A stretch of DNA of 64,000 nucleotides from Eledone cirrhosa (GCA_964016885.1 CAXHJY010000414.1:1-64000); one strand, 5' to 3'. Counted from the first letter of the stretch, positions 18,811 through 33,739 are shown. The notes: generated by a model from the letters alone, not told the origin. Numbers and translations are program-made.

Positions 18811-20246
18811 CTGTTTACGATAGGACAACATTCGACTATCATTTAAACAAACAAGAAACTACGAAGGAACGCAGGAAGCAAGCTAAACTAAACTTTATTT
18901 TAATTTTATTCTATTTATTATATCTACCCCAGTTGTACTTTATTTTATCGACCACGGCAAAATGTAATGCAAATTGAATTCGGCGGAATTTAAATACTGT
19001 GAGGCAAAACAAATACATTATGTGAAATAGTAGTGTATTGAATAAGATGAAATATTTTATTGCGTTTCGTTCCTGAATGTTCTAAAATCGATTTCGGCAG
19101 CAATGATCATTGTGGTTTAAGTCACCGAAAATTATAATATATGATTTGTTATACACCGGAGTCCACTAGACAACTCACTCACGACGTAAAACTCGCCAAA
19201 TGCCTAAGAAGAAGCAGTCAATATTTCAAATAGTAATGTACCACAATAATAATCTTTTATTTAGTTTTCTTATATAATCATAAATTCAAATCTGATCTGA
19301 TATTTTCTCTATATTTCGACGCTACGCTTGTCTGACAAGTGACTTGATCCTGACAATGTGTATCGAAACTACAATCATAGAAAAGTCATTTCGACCACAG
19401 ATGAAATTGTCTGGCAAGTGACCTGATCCTGAAAGCGTACGTACTGAAACGAAGTAATTTTATCCTTTCAAAATCACATAAAAACTTTGACTATAAAATT
19501 CAAATTATCATTTCGTTCTTGGCATTGTTTTTAATTTGATCACTGACAACTAAAATATAAATGTAAAGATTTTGTGTATTTTGTATGGTTCAAACGATTC
19601 TTTATATATTTTATCCACTAAATACCAGCGGATACACGCGTTAATTTAGCTTTTAAGATCTTGTAACGCGTGAGACAACATTAGCAAGACATTCTTGAAA
19701 AGGAATTGTTAAATTAAGGTTTTTACTTTAATACAAATTTTCACAAACATCTGTCTATTAGCAACGATAAAACAAAGGGTGCAATTAACAAACCCATTTT
19801 TAGATATTTTCATAATGACAATTTTAAGAGATAATGGATTATGCGTATATCCCTGTATAGAACCCTGGTCTTGTGTCAGAAATTTAGTGAGTAGCTGCGA
19901 AATATAGCTTAAATAGCAAAACCTCGAAACAAGAAGCACTAGGGTAACTTTCTAATTACTTTCAGCTACTAAGATTATAATAATTATATACTGAACATGG
20001 CGTATTGAGTTCCGTCATGTTCGCGGTTGAGAAAGCCCAATGTCTTTATCTATATATATATATTTGAATACATGCGCACATGAATACATATATACAGGCA
20101 CACACATTATATATATGTGTGTGTTTAGAAATGTAGAAAATCTCGAAAGCAACATAATAGCTGTGAAAACAGCTTAGCAATTCGTGTGTGTATGCAAAGA
20201 TATGTATATGCAAATGCGTATTTATATGTATGGATACATACACACA

Positions 20247-20280
<34 letters not shown>

Positions 20281-20385
20281 AATATGTGGTAGATCAATAT
20301 TCGTGATATTTCTATTTCTTTAGTCAAGAAGAATGTTCATGATGAAAATATCAAATTATGTTTACTTGTTACAACTACTTTATAA

Positions 20386-20587
<202 letters not shown>

Positions 20588-20869
20588 ATATAAATATATA
20601 TATTTTTTTACTTTACTTTTCTTCTTTCTCAGTTTTTTTTTCAGCCTGAAATCATTTCATTTTTTACTTTTCACTATTGATATATTGTTGTTGCGTGGCA
20701 AGCCTGAATGGATACACACAGAAAATTGGGAGGATCAATGAAGAAAACGTCAAATTGCTTCTAGTGAATAATATTGATATTATTTGCCTCATATTTTTAA
20801 AGGTTTTCCTTGTTAATCGTTAGCTGTTCGTTACGCATAAATCCCTGTATTCATTCGATTTTATGTATG

Positions 20870-20949
<80 letters not shown>

Positions 20950-23389
20950 CATAGACTTTTATTTTATATATACATCATCAATATTATTTTAATCTTTTGA
21001 ATGTTTTACTATATTAAAATAATACGTAAAAGAAAATCAAGTGTTTTTTGCTGAAATGATATTAACCATTCCTGTCATATTGTTGCAGCATCTCAGTTTA
21101 AATTTACACCTAGTTTTATAATCCCTAGTTACCACCTATCTATCCATACATCCATCGATTCATCTGTTATAACATTAGAATAGAAAAATATATTTTAACG
21201 GTGCTGTGAAAGGCAATAACTTTGTTTTGTTATGTAAAACATGATGAGAACATTTCAAATGTAACACTTCTTTATATCGACATATATTAGTATATTATAA
21301 TATTATTTTTCTTTATTAGGAGTATGCCAAACATGATCACTCCCAATTTTATTTATCTATTCTGAAAATTACATTTGCTCTTTATACTTTGGTTGCAAAA
21401 TATAAATGTTAAAAACGAATAGGATGATAAGATTTTAACGTAATACTACTTCGTATTATTGTGTTTCTTCATTAGGACTTAAGATAAAACAATATGATCA
21501 CACAATTTTCTTTATCCGTTCTGAAAATTTGATTTGCCCTTTATGCTTTGCTTTTAAAATATAAATATCGAAAACAAATTTTAATATAATCTATATACAA
21601 GGAATTTACATCATCACCGTTTCCTATATTAACTATTTTACTTGTTCATTCGTGTTTTATGTAGTCGTTTGACCTATACCTAAGCCAAAGTCATAAATTA
21701 TTGTTTAAATTTAAAATGTATGTTGGAGGCTTCTGAGAAGTACATTAAATGATTGATCAATATGTATAAATAGTACAGAAAATTATTTATGCTTTATTGA
21801 TTACATCAGTATCTGTTTGATTTATTTCGACATTATTAATATGACTTTCAGTTATTAAGTTTTCTTTTGAACAGTGGCAAGCAAGTATTCAAAATAATTG
21901 TGGGTTGCAGAAATTGTGTTTATTTTCAACATGTTTAAGCCTATATGTTTTGTTTTAATTTTGAGCCGAACATTAAAGAAAATATAATTTTCAAGATGAA
22001 TAAATCATTCATATTGAAAACCATATGTGAAATGCACTTAAGATGGCTTCCTATACACATGGATAATGTCATTTTAAAAAAAATGCTATTAATATTCTGG
22101 CGACTACTATATTAAAATGTAAAATGCCAAACAAAAAAGCCCAAAACTATTTAAACTAATAAAACATTTCTACTTGCAAGTTTCCTCTTCTATACATTTC
22201 TTTGAATTTATTAATTATTGTTCATTTGTTATTGATTTTAATTTCATTTTAGATCGTTAAATATACGTTAAATCTCTCATGGTTCCAATAGCTTCGTTTC
22301 ATTGTGTATTGAAATACACGTGTAGACAGTGAAATGCTTCTCAACCAAATTCAACACTCGTCTCTTTGAAGCGAAGTTTGAGCTAATGTTTACTGCTTTC
22401 AGTCAACCATCAACGTATTCACAGACGCTCCCCTTAATTAGAAACTTTTGCAATATTACAATTTTCCAAAATTATATATAACTGTTTGAAGTTATTGACG
22501 TCTGTGTAAAGGTTGGTTATTAGCTCTTGAAAAGAATATGTGCTTGTGTGTATATGTGTATATGCCTATGTTTATGTCTACATGGTGAGTGCTGGTGCTG
22601 ATATGAATAAAGGTTATGTCGTATAACTTTTAAACATTGAAGGGACAGAGGGAGACATAAAATCCACTTTCCTCAATAATTGATATATTTCACATTTGAT
22701 TTTGACCTGAATCTAATAGCATAAAAACGCGAAAACAAATTGATGGTTATAAATTTCAGCATACAACTCAATACGCTCAACATTTGCAGTGCAGGAGGCG
22801 GTATTTTTTATATTATTATTAGAAAGTAGGTTGTGAAAACCATGGATATATGAAAGCAAAACTACTTAATTAAGCAAGCTGGAGAATAATGAAGTTGGAA
22901 AATACAGATCTGGAGTTTCTCATATTTCACATATTAGAGTAAGTGAGACTATTCTAGCTGGAAATCAAGCTGTTCGAAATATGTTAGGGAAATGAATTAT
23001 ATTGATTTTATGATTAGAAATATATTTGAAAGAGGAAGAAAAGAGAGTTATGTAACAGGGAGGACATAAATACCAATATTCAATGCGAATTTGGTATATA
23101 ATAACCATAGCCTAAACAACTTGCTAGTGCAGTATGTGAGAATTGTGTTTCTATAGAATTAATAAGTCAGATTGTAATATATAGCCTGAATTAAATGGGG
23201 TGATAACAGACATGAATAACACAACTATCGAACAACATATTTCATATATATATCGAATACTAAATAAGAATATCGTGGATATTTTGAAACCCTTATTATG
23301 ACAACAGTTGTATATGTGTACATCCCCCCCCCCCCTCAAACACACATGCACACACACACGCAGACACACACATATATATATATATATAT

Positions 23390-23548
23390 GGGAAAATAGT
23401 CAGGACCCAACGGCTGAGCTTCGGCCCTAGCTGTCGAAACGGCCGGAGCTCAGCCGTCAGGGTCCTGACTCTTTTCCTATTACCCACTCTACTACCCTAA
23501 GTATCCAGTACTCTGGTGCGTTATGGTCCACCTGGTTTTGTTACCACA
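23390..23548 (+). mobile_element. Family A copy 2 (more diverged), fold-back with 3' half hammerhead
   Basis: Inverted arm 23390-23426. Main arm CTAGCTGTC-GAAA(23436)-CGGC-loop-GCCG-TC(23458)-AGGGTC...TACCCACTCTACTACC...GGTGCGTTATGGTCCACC. Confidence 0.8.
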
Positions 23549-23550
23549 CA

Positions 23551-23632
<82 letters not shown>

Positions 23633-23714
23633 GATGTATACACACATTGATTACCTGTACTTGCAATATTCATTAGAATGGTGTTGAAGTGTGTATACAT
23701 TTTTGGCGACACCC

Positions 23715-23829
<115 letters not shown>

Positions 23830-23934
23830 TTACGTACACACAAACACACACATAAATATACCTAAAAATTTGTGTGTGTGCGCACACGCTAGACTCTGAT
23901 ATGGTTGTCTGTTTAAGAAGTTCACTTCGCAACC

Positions 23935-23999
<65 letters not shown>

Positions 24000-24003
<4 letters not shown>

Positions 24004-25494
24004 CGAAACATAAGTCAATTGCATGAACTTATGATCCTTTATTTACTGTTATATATATTTCGATGATAGCCATTGAATGGCTATGACCTCATCAGGCAGT
24101 TAGTCAGTTCTTAGATATGCCAGCTCTGTGTTTATAGTGCTGATGGTATCAAAGCCTTGGGACATATGAGCTTGTTAGGAATAATTTAATGTTGTCAGCA
24201 GGAATAGTCTTAATTCTCATTGGTCAGTTTGTAGATGCTAGTAGGGTTGGTATTTGACCTCAAAGAGGCAGGTGGTGTTGTAAAGTTCAAACCGTCAGGC
24301 AAGATGACAATAGTTCCATATGACTGATTTTCACAAAAAGCGTTCCTGGTCAGATATATATTCAATTAAGGTTAATAGTATGAAATAGATACTACAGGTC
24401 ATTCTTATATTGAGGAATTTATGTGGAGTGGTGCTACTGAAAATTATGGTTAGAGTAGAAAATTTACAAATAAAAAGACTTATGAAGGTGCCAACCTCAC
24501 ACGCACCTCCACAGACACACATACACATCCACACATACAAATTAAGGAATTAATGTGGGGGTGGTAATACTTAAAATAATGGTTAGAGTCAAATACTTGG
24601 ATAGTTTAGAAAATTTAGAAATAAAAAGATTGATGTTGGTTGACTTCTACATACACTTACACCTACCCCATCAGACACACACACATCTACACACACAAAT
24701 CCATACAGGTGTGTATATATATGTACGCACAAGTGCATTATATATACAACCGAGCCCCCCAAATCCAAGTATAAGGCAGACATAAAACTAGGTGGGTGTT
24801 ATTTTTAAAGAAAAGTAAAGTGGGTGTTTGGAAAAGTTATTGTTTAGACTAGACAAAGGTAGAGTGTGATATATATCTTCACAGCAATAGCATGGGGGCT
24901 TTGGAGCTTAGGCGAATCCCTTAGTACAGACATATATACCCACCCACACTTTTATACTTCTGCATGCGCGTGTATGTCTATATACACATGTGCACTCATA
25001 CAAGAGAGTATATACAAATATACTCTTAAGCGTACACTCGAACATTTATCAATCCAACCTGTGGTATTAGTATTACGTTGCGTTCACATGAGTGTGTACA
25101 TTCACGCAGTCCCAGTATACACACACAATGCACGGTTGCGGGCACTCATTCATGCGTATAGGGTTAGTACCTTGGGATAATTGTTCTTCCTGTGTGGACC
25201 GCTCCCGGGGGAGGGGGGTGGGTCCTCAGGTTTAATAAAACGTGGTTTTGATGACTCCTAACCAGTAGAGGATCCGGTGGACCATCCACCATAGGGACCA
25301 CAAACTGTGGGTGGTTTTTGTTGTCCATTGGTCATTGGTACGGGGTGTAGAGGACCTACAGGGGGGGGGGGGGTTGTGAGAGGCCTTAACCGGGGTTTAT
25401 CCATATAGCTTGATAGCTTGAGGAAAGTTACCGTCCTTAGGTGTCTGCAGGCACCGAATAAGTCGGCCCTTCTGTTTAATAGCTTGGTTCCGCC
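24000..25494 (-). mobile_element. 5'-truncated Naiad-type PLE: last codons of the ORF, long 3' UTR, terminal hammerhead
   Basis: Minus translation from 25494 reads GGTKLLNRRADLFGACRH (Naiad C-terminal LN.R.E...C.H motif); TA tracts on both sides. Confidence 0.82.
24045..24100 (-). ncRNA. Type I hammerhead, intact core
   Basis: ACTGC-CTGATGA-GGTCATAGCCAT TCA ATGGCTATCATC-GAAA-TATATA-TA-ACAGT; palindromic stem III; ~45 nt from the element 3' end. Confidence 0.85.
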
Positions 25495-25594
25495 ATATAT
25501 ATATATATATTTGCGTGAGTGTCTATGATCAAGTCTGATTCTGTGTTTCGTAAATTACATGTTTGTATCATTAACGTTAGAGTAATTTATAGTC

Positions 25595-26837
25595 ATGGTT
25601 ATATATATATGGTTATATGTATATATGTATATGGTTTGTGTGTGTGTATTTATATATATATGTATATGGTTTGTGTGTGTATTTATATATATGTATATGG
25701 TTTGTGTGTGTGTATTTATATATATATGTATATGGTTTGTGTGTGTGTGTATTTATATATATGTATATGGTTTGTGTGTGTGTATTTATATATATATGTA
25801 TATGGTTTGTGTGTGTGTGTATTTATATATATATATATATATATGGTTTTTGTGTGTGTATTTATATATATATGGTTTGTGTGTGTGTGTATTTATATAT
25901 ATGTATATGGTTTGTGTGTGTGTATTTATATATATATATATATGGTTTTTGTGTGTGTATTTATATATATATGTATATGGTGTATGTGTTTGTGTATTTA
26001 TATATATATGTATATGGTGTGTGTGTGTGTGTATTTATATATATATATGTATATGGTTTCTGTGTGTGTATTTATATATATATATGTATATGGTTTCTGT
26101 GTGTGTAATTATCTATATATATGGTTTGTGTGTGTGTATTTATATATATATGTATATGGTTTGTGTGTGTGTGTGTGTGTGTATTTATATATATATATGT
26201 ATATGGTTTCTGTGTGTGTATTTATATATATATATGTATATGGTTTCTGTGTGTGTATTTATATATATATATGTATATGGTTTCTGTGTGTGTATTTATA
26301 TATATATATGTATATGGTTTCTGTGTGTGTATTTATATATATATGCTTTGTGTGTGTGTATTTATATATATATGTATATGGTTTTTGTGTGTGTGTATTT
26401 ATATATATATGTATATGGTGTATGTGTGTGTGTGTATTTATATATATATGTATATGGGGTGTGTGTGTGTGTGTATTTATATATATATATGTATATGGTT
26501 TGTGTGTGTGTGTATTTATATATATATGTATATGGTTTGTGTGTGTGTATTTATATATGTATGTATATGGTTTTTGTGTGTGTATTTATATATATATATG
26601 TATATGGTTTGTGTGTGTGTGTATTTATATATATATATGTATATGGTTTGTGTGTGTGTGTATTTATATATATATATGTATATGGTTTGTGTGTGTGTGT
26701 ATTTATATATATATGTATATGGTGTGTGTGTGTGTATTTATATATATGGTTTTTGTGTGTGTATTTATATATATATGTATATGGTTTGTGTGTGTGTATT
26801 TATATATATATGTATATGGTTTGTGTGTGTGTATTTA
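25595..26837. repeat. Compound minisatellite, ~35-40-bp unit GTATTT(AT)nGTATATGGTTT(GT)n
   Basis: Roughly 30-35 tandem units with variable internal microsatellite lengths. Confidence 0.95.
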
Positions 26838-28930
26838 AGAGTTTGTGGAAATGTAACAAGTGATTAAACGACAGAAAGACAATGGATAGATAGTTCAGAA
26901 TATCTGAATGTGTGGTGAATGGAACAATCAAAATTGATATATATATATATATCAACTCGAAATTGATTGACATATATATATCTATCTAAAATAAACACAT
27001 GAAACACTCACAGGGGATAATTTGTAAAGTCTGTAAGCACACACAGCTAGGTAGGTAACTAATTAAAGTTTAACTAGAACTTCAAATATAGATACCTTTT
27101 AAAATGATTAATCTTCCTTCTAGTTGATATAAAATGGTCGGATCTATTCATTGGAACATTTGAGTTTATTCTACAGTGGATATAGCGCATGTCTCTCGGA
27201 CATACCACCCTTAATTTAATTTTGGATATATATATATATATATATATAAATAACTGTCGATATTGAGGTAATAGTAATAGTTTGTGGTTTGAATATATCC
27301 AATGCATCTAAGAGATAAAAAATATACCAAAAGTGTGTGGATGGATTAATATTCTTTAAAATCTTTACTTGACTGTCACTTGTGGTGTGTAAGGAGTACA
27401 CCAGAGACTTGGGTAGAGGTATATTGTCCGAATATATTGCTATAAGTACGATCGTTCGGTTATAATTGAACATGGGTTTGCACATGGACAGTACCTCATC
27501 AAAGTGCAAGCCCCCGAAGCTATTTTGCGTGATCATCAGCAATTTCCTTCCATGGCAGTCTCCTTTATGTTCGCTACCGATGTTGTCCAAGGTAAATGCA
27601 AAAGTCGATATCGCTTGTCACCAATGTCGTTGCAATCTATTTTGTTTTTCCAACTGAGCTGATTTTACCGACAGGAATTAAGGCGTCTTATTCAAGAACA
27701 AAACGTCCGGTCCAGGAAACGAACTCACAAACTTACGTTTGTAGACACAACTGGAAAGCCAATTACTTCCATAAATTATAGTAAACTATATGCCACTTTT
27801 GTCGTGGGATGGGATATTTAAATTAAGCAAGAGATACTCACATGGACCAGTCTTCCGTTTACTTTATAATAGGCGTTATAGGATGAAAAAATCGTTCAGA
27901 ATTCATTGTAAGGATTATAGGGAAATATAGAAAGCAGCATAAAATTCTTAACGACTTCAATAACGGGACATAATCATAGTATTTGAATGTTTAAATTGTT
28001 GTATAATAACGATTATTCAGAGGGAGATATTGTTTACGAAAAAACATGTAATAATCGATCTCATTGAATATTATAATTCCATTCACCGTAATTTTTAGAG
28101 GAAGATCATAATAGAATAATTATATGAAGTTGCAAATGAATTATTCAATGTTTGATACAAAAAGGGTAAGCAAAACAACCAAGCAAACTTGAATTCAAGC
28201 AAAGACAGAAGTCACTTTTATTGTTCTCTGTACTCGGAACTGTCTTGAGAATTTTCTCGGAAATTTTAGTGACTTCCATGTCTTGAACAATTATTAAGAA
28301 GAGAAATGTTTGAAAACCAAATTACTGTAGATTCTTCTATCTACAGGGAACATGGTTTGTTAGAATGTCTATAATGTTTGAAGACGCAAATTAATTGCCA
28401 CTGGTTATCAATGTTTCCATTATTATTAATTTTGAAACTCTGAATGGAATTTGACTTTCGTGTGTCAGTGACTCTCAGAAGGTTTTAGAAGAATTGATGA
28501 CGCTGTGAGTATGGAATGTTGAATGTGTTCGATGTCAATATAATATTTAATTTAGATAAAGTATTTTTATTCACAGTGACACGGTACATTCTTTCTTCAT
28601 TATTGCATCGATATTCAAGTGGGCATTCGTTTAGATTTGTACAATTGCAAGATATAGGGCGTTCAGTTGTATTTGCAATCTTGTAGTTGTGATTTGTTCA
28701 CATGAGGCAATGCTATATAATGCCAGACGATAATCACGTGAAATGTTTCTTCCACAAACGATGTTATTTAATTATATTGCATTCCTAGTAACTATTATAC
28801 CTTGCTAATTGTTAACTGAATATTGTATTGACTATCGGTGTATGAACATCTCTTTGACCCTGTTCTTTGTTTAAAGACGGAAATGATAATATACACTACT
28901 AACCGACTCTTATATATATATATATATATA

Positions 28931-29157
28931 AGGTAGTAACATGTGCTTAGGTCGTATTTGACAAAATAGAATTAGTCTGTTAGTTGGGATTTAAAAAAAA
29001 CCCTCTGAATAGAAATAAGGATGAGTATTGACGTACATAGGACACGAACCCACATCTTTGGTTTGCTGGACCAATGTGTAACGGTAACACATTGGTAACA
29101 CACTGGTCCCGCAAAGCAAAGATGTGGGTTCGTGTCCAATGTACGTCAATACTCATC
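28931..29157. mobile_element. Head-to-head inverted tRNA-Ala-like SINE fragments
   Basis: Arms 29020-29082 and 29095-29157; B-box GGTTCGTGTCC; minus copy has anticodon arm TTGGT-CCAGCAA-ACCAA (AGC). Confidence 0.6.
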
Positions 29158-29204
29158 TAGTAGAATGAAGATATACATTAGTTTAACGCTTGGTATAAAA
29201 TAAG

Positions 29205-29243
29205 CGACTTAAGGTTTCAGACTTTAGCCCTTCATCAGAAGAA
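29205..29243 (-). ncRNA. Minimal hammerhead motif
   Basis: CTT-CTGATGA-A-GGGC TAAA GTCT-GAAA-CC-TT-AAG; the stem III palindrome is imperfect. Confidence 0.68.
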
Positions 29244-30889
29244 TGAGAAGTGAAAAAAGCAAAAAGACGAAAGTAAGAAGAGGAAGGGGAAAACATGGAA
29301 GTTTCTATCCGTGGAAAAGCACGCCTGTGTTTAGTCAGCCAATTTATGCACAACTGTAATTGTGTGTGCAAGCATTAAGATGAGGCATTAAGAACATTTA
29401 TATCTAAGTATTTATTCTCTTCAAAAGATGTGGCACGTCTGTGAATCAATCACGACACAAAAGTGTGCAGTGGTATAATAGTTCAAAAGTTTGTTGCAGA
29501 GTATTGCGCTAAATAGTTTACAATATTCACTTACGTCCTTTCATTTTAAAGTACAAATTCTGGCATGAGTTTATGAGGGAGCTCCATGCTGTTGCTGGAT
29601 ATGCTAGTAATGGAACAATAGATGGCATAATGCCAAGACGGCAAGAATGTCGCGGCTGGAATGTCTTTTAAATCATAGTTAATCTTTGTCAGTGTTGACC
29701 TGGGGTTAAAAGTCAATAAGAGATTCGCCAGAGTTGACATTTATACAAATATTTTCCATTATAGTTGATAAGGATGTTCTACCTTAATATCTGTGATATA
29801 TATGTCAGAGTGAGAAAAAGAATATTATTGTTTATTAATGAATACTTCTTTTTTTTTTCATGGTATAAGCGGTAAACTGGTAGAATCGTTAAGGCGCGGG
29901 ATTGAACATAGATTGGCGGAATTATGAAAGAGTTAGACATGATGCGTTGTTATACATTTTCGCAGTTTGTATGCTTTAAGTGAAATTACCATAACCTGTC
30001 ATTAAAAATGATTTGGTGCTTCTGAAAGTATTAGTAATGAAAAGACCAACATAAAATGTTTCTTTGGTACAATCTGCCAATTTTCTCCCTTTCTGTTTTT
30101 GTTTTAAGCCCACATCAACCTTGCTCGACAACATCTATGATGGAAATCATTCGACACATGGGTCTCCGGTTTTTCCAGACACAATATACTCAAGACTGTG
30201 GATTACATAGAAGGAGGGCGTCGTTTGCGGAATATTTGGCTGTTATTTCTGGGAAGATGAGTGAGCAAGGTTCAGTCTGATGATTGTAAAAAAAGGTCTG
30301 ACCTTAAATTTGGTTTTAATGCAGACAGTATCCTTGGATATTTCGCCTAGTTTTTGTTTCTCGTCAGTTAAAATGTTTTAGTTGGACAAATATACATTTT
30401 CATTGGCGAATCTCCAACATTGCTTAGTTATACCTTTTAAAACATCTTTCCCGATATCTCGGTGTAAATAGTTAGGGGGAAAATATCGATTCATAATACA
30501 GCCCAAACTACAGTTGTTTTTCCGTTATATTCCCCGGGTTAATTAGATCAACTGAACTATGCTACTAGTAATATTTTTGTGCCGGCCCTGGGGGAATGAA
30601 AGGCGTGGCCACTTATTTGAACCTCTATCGTAAACGGACATTTTTCATCGCTTAGTAAACAAAAAGAGGAGAGCATGGGATCATTTGAGAGATGGCCAAA
30701 ACTGGGGGAAGGGAAAGAGAGAAAAGTATTTCCAAACCAGAAATCTGGTCCTAAAGAGATTCAAGGGTTAGCTGGTGCTGTTAAACCGGGTGACAAATTA
30801 TATCTACAACTCACGCAATCCAGGGAGATTTTATCTCAGACCGCAAAGCCCGTAATTAGTACCGGAAGGCGTCTTTCCGACCCTCTAAC

Positions 30890-31400
30890 GATTGACTACT
30901 TCTTTATCTATCGACCCCAGAAGGTTGAAAGTCAAAGGAAAGGTTACCTCGGTCGGATTTGAAGTCAGAACAAAAGTACCCAGGATGTATACGACAAACA
31001 TTTCGTCTGGCGCTGTAACACTGACTCTAAATCGGTGGACATAAGAAAATGCTGTGATATATTTTGTCGGGCACTTTACCGATTCTGTCGCGGTACTCTA
31101 CCAACAATATTAAATAATTGTTTCTACTTTTGGCTCAAGGCCAGCAATTATCCTGGTACTTTATTTTATCGACCCCGTAAGTTAACCGCGGTGGGATTTG
31201 AAATAATGGTTTCTAATTTAAACACAAGGCCAGCAATTTGGAGGCAGCAAAAGTCGATTCAAACGCTCTCTGTACGTGACTGGCACTTAATTCTATCAAG
31301 AAGAAGGAAATAGAAAGTTGACCCGGTGACATTTGAAATCAGAGCGTAACGAACCAAAACAAATACTGAAAAACATTTTGTCCGATGCTCCAGCGATGCT
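30890..31400 (-). mobile_element. Cluster of degraded SINE fragments
   Basis: Repeated TATCGACCCC, GGATTTGAA, TTGTTTCTACTTTTGGC..AAGGCCAGCAATT motifs matching the 17367 family. Confidence 0.65.
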
Positions 31401-33067
31401 ACCAGTCTAAATCTCTAATAATAAGAAATAATAACAATTACTATTAAATTCTTTGTCTTCTCTGTTCATTTATTATAACTGTGACGTTTGTAGCCTTTCG
31501 CAAAAAGAAAGTGAAGAACAAACGATCTATAGTCATGGATATGCCGTTTTTTTGCTATACACTATTAATTGAAACGCTATGCAAGGTTAGCAACTAAGTT
31601 ATTGTTACGGTACTAGGATTAAATGAATTTATCAAGATTATGTGTATCCAATTGTCATCTCACAGTCATTCAGAGGATTGAAGGTATCCAAGGCTCTGAT
31701 AATCACAAATCTTTTGAATGGCTATGTGATCCGAACACAGTAGGAAGCAATTGAGAGAGCTTGAAATATCCAGTATGAAATTCCTGCATCAATTGGAGCG
31801 GATCGAATCGCTAAACATAGCGTGATAATTAGAGATTCTCTGGAGATAGCTGACGCATTACAAGTTAGCTTCTTTCTCTGCTAGTGCATGTAATTCTAGA
31901 ATGGCATCTAAGACAGCTTCAATTTCTGCTGTATCTGCGCAAGTATCGGTTGTACACGTTGTTGAAACTAATGCACACTGATAATATTTTTGCTACGACT
32001 TCCTTTCTTGAAGTCTTTAATTTCTTTTTAAATTTCCACACTGCTATCTTTCAAAGGAGATCATTTCATGCGAATCACTGTCTCGCAAAGTTATTAACAC
32101 ATGTCATTAGGGAACATACACTTTACATCATTATCAGTTCTTGGAACTGAGATTAGAACTGACCAAACTACCTGTATTTGTCTTGTAAAATTACGTTTAA
32201 TGGTGTGTGATATTTCCATAAAAAACCCTGACCTGGTTAGACGCCATTAACACTTCACCATAGCTTGCCAAGTAAAAATGCCTGCAAATAAGAAATAAAC
32301 AAAGAACATTCGTATCGTGTAGTAATCACGTCAAATGTCATGAAATGATGGTTCCAGTTGAGTTGGCATGACACGGATGATTAGATTGAGGAGAATGAAT
32401 TACTTCTAGGTTCGGAGATTTCATCATTTTCTTAATTAGATTAACTTATGCAATAGTTTATAATTGAGATTCATCTTCTTTTAATTCATTTGGTAATAAA
32501 AAATGTGAATATTGTTATAAATGTTATACATTATGTACACCTACCCTCGTTATATACCAAATCGCCAAAGCACAAAAACGCACGCACGTGCATCCGCATT
32601 GTATATATATATATAGTGGTGGAACACTGGAAGGTAATATCCGTAGTGGTAGAGCACTCAGTCCAAGGGAAGAGTTAGGTAGAAGTGGTTACACAACAGT
32701 TAGTTCAACATACCGAGAACAATTGTTTCACCTTCGCGGATTTTCAGCTCGGGATGTGTATGGTTATAGGAACAGGAAGGACAACCGTACGAACGCGCAT
32801 GCGCAGAAACTCGGTCACTTCACACAGGCAATACTAGATTGCGTGCGGGAGGTGTAAGGGAGATAACTGCGAAAGTCCGGAAAGTTTTTAGGTTGAAAAT
32901 AAAATAAAAAAAAATAAAATAAAATTTCAAAGAATCAGTCCGGAGCCTTGTAGTTATGCAATAGATGTTTGGTGACGTGTGGACGACGTGTGACAAATTC
33001 CCTTCTCGTGTTTAGGCAATCACTATTTGCGTAATCTAATATATATATATATATATATATTTTATAA

Positions 33068-33248
33068 GGATTGGCAGTATCGGTAGAGGGTCGGACGCTA
33101 TGCTTTGACGCATAGAGTTACGGCCCTTGCCATTCTGAGTTCAAATCCCGCCGAGGTTAACTTTGCCTTTCATCCTTACGGGGTCGATAAAATAAAGTAC
33201 CAGTAATACACTGGGTAATTGCTGGCCTTGTGCCAACAGTAGAAACAA

Positions 33249-33251
<3 letters not shown>
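33068..33251 (+). mobile_element. tRNA-derived SINE, copy 2
   Basis: GGATTGGCAGTATCGGTAGAG...GAGTTCAAATCCCGCCGAGG...GTAGAAACAATTAT; TA tracts on both sides. Confidence 0.9.
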
Positions 33252-33280
<29 letters not shown>

Positions 33281-33653
33281 ATTATGTAATAAACAACATA
33301 AGGCAATTATTCCATTTACCAGTGGTTTCTTAAAAGCAAAAGGTTTTGCTTTCAATCCTGAGAATGAAAAAATCCTGGTTTGTTTATTGAATTTGGATTT
33401 TAAAAACAAAAATGCAATCTATATGAAAGTGAGGCTGGAGAATTTACACGATCAACCGCTAAAATTAGGGAAGTATTTTTGCTGTACCCTGCATATATAT
33501 ATAAAGAATGTATAATGAAATAAATATGGTTTTATAAATATAGTTTCCATTTGTTAACATATTGTATATTTACTCCAATAATTTGTTGAGTGCTTTATAT
33601 CAGTTATAAAAATATTTTGCTTGTTGTATCCCAACAAATTAAATATAACCTCT

Positions 33654-33739
<86 letters not shown>

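Noticed and set aside
21328-21580. Diverged ~160-bp-period duplication
   Set aside because: An ordinary old tandem duplication in AT-rich DNA with no further signal.
25595-26837. CRISPR-like array or Cys-rich protein
   Set aside because: No unique spacers, eukaryotic context, and open in all three plus-strand frames; it is a minisatellite.
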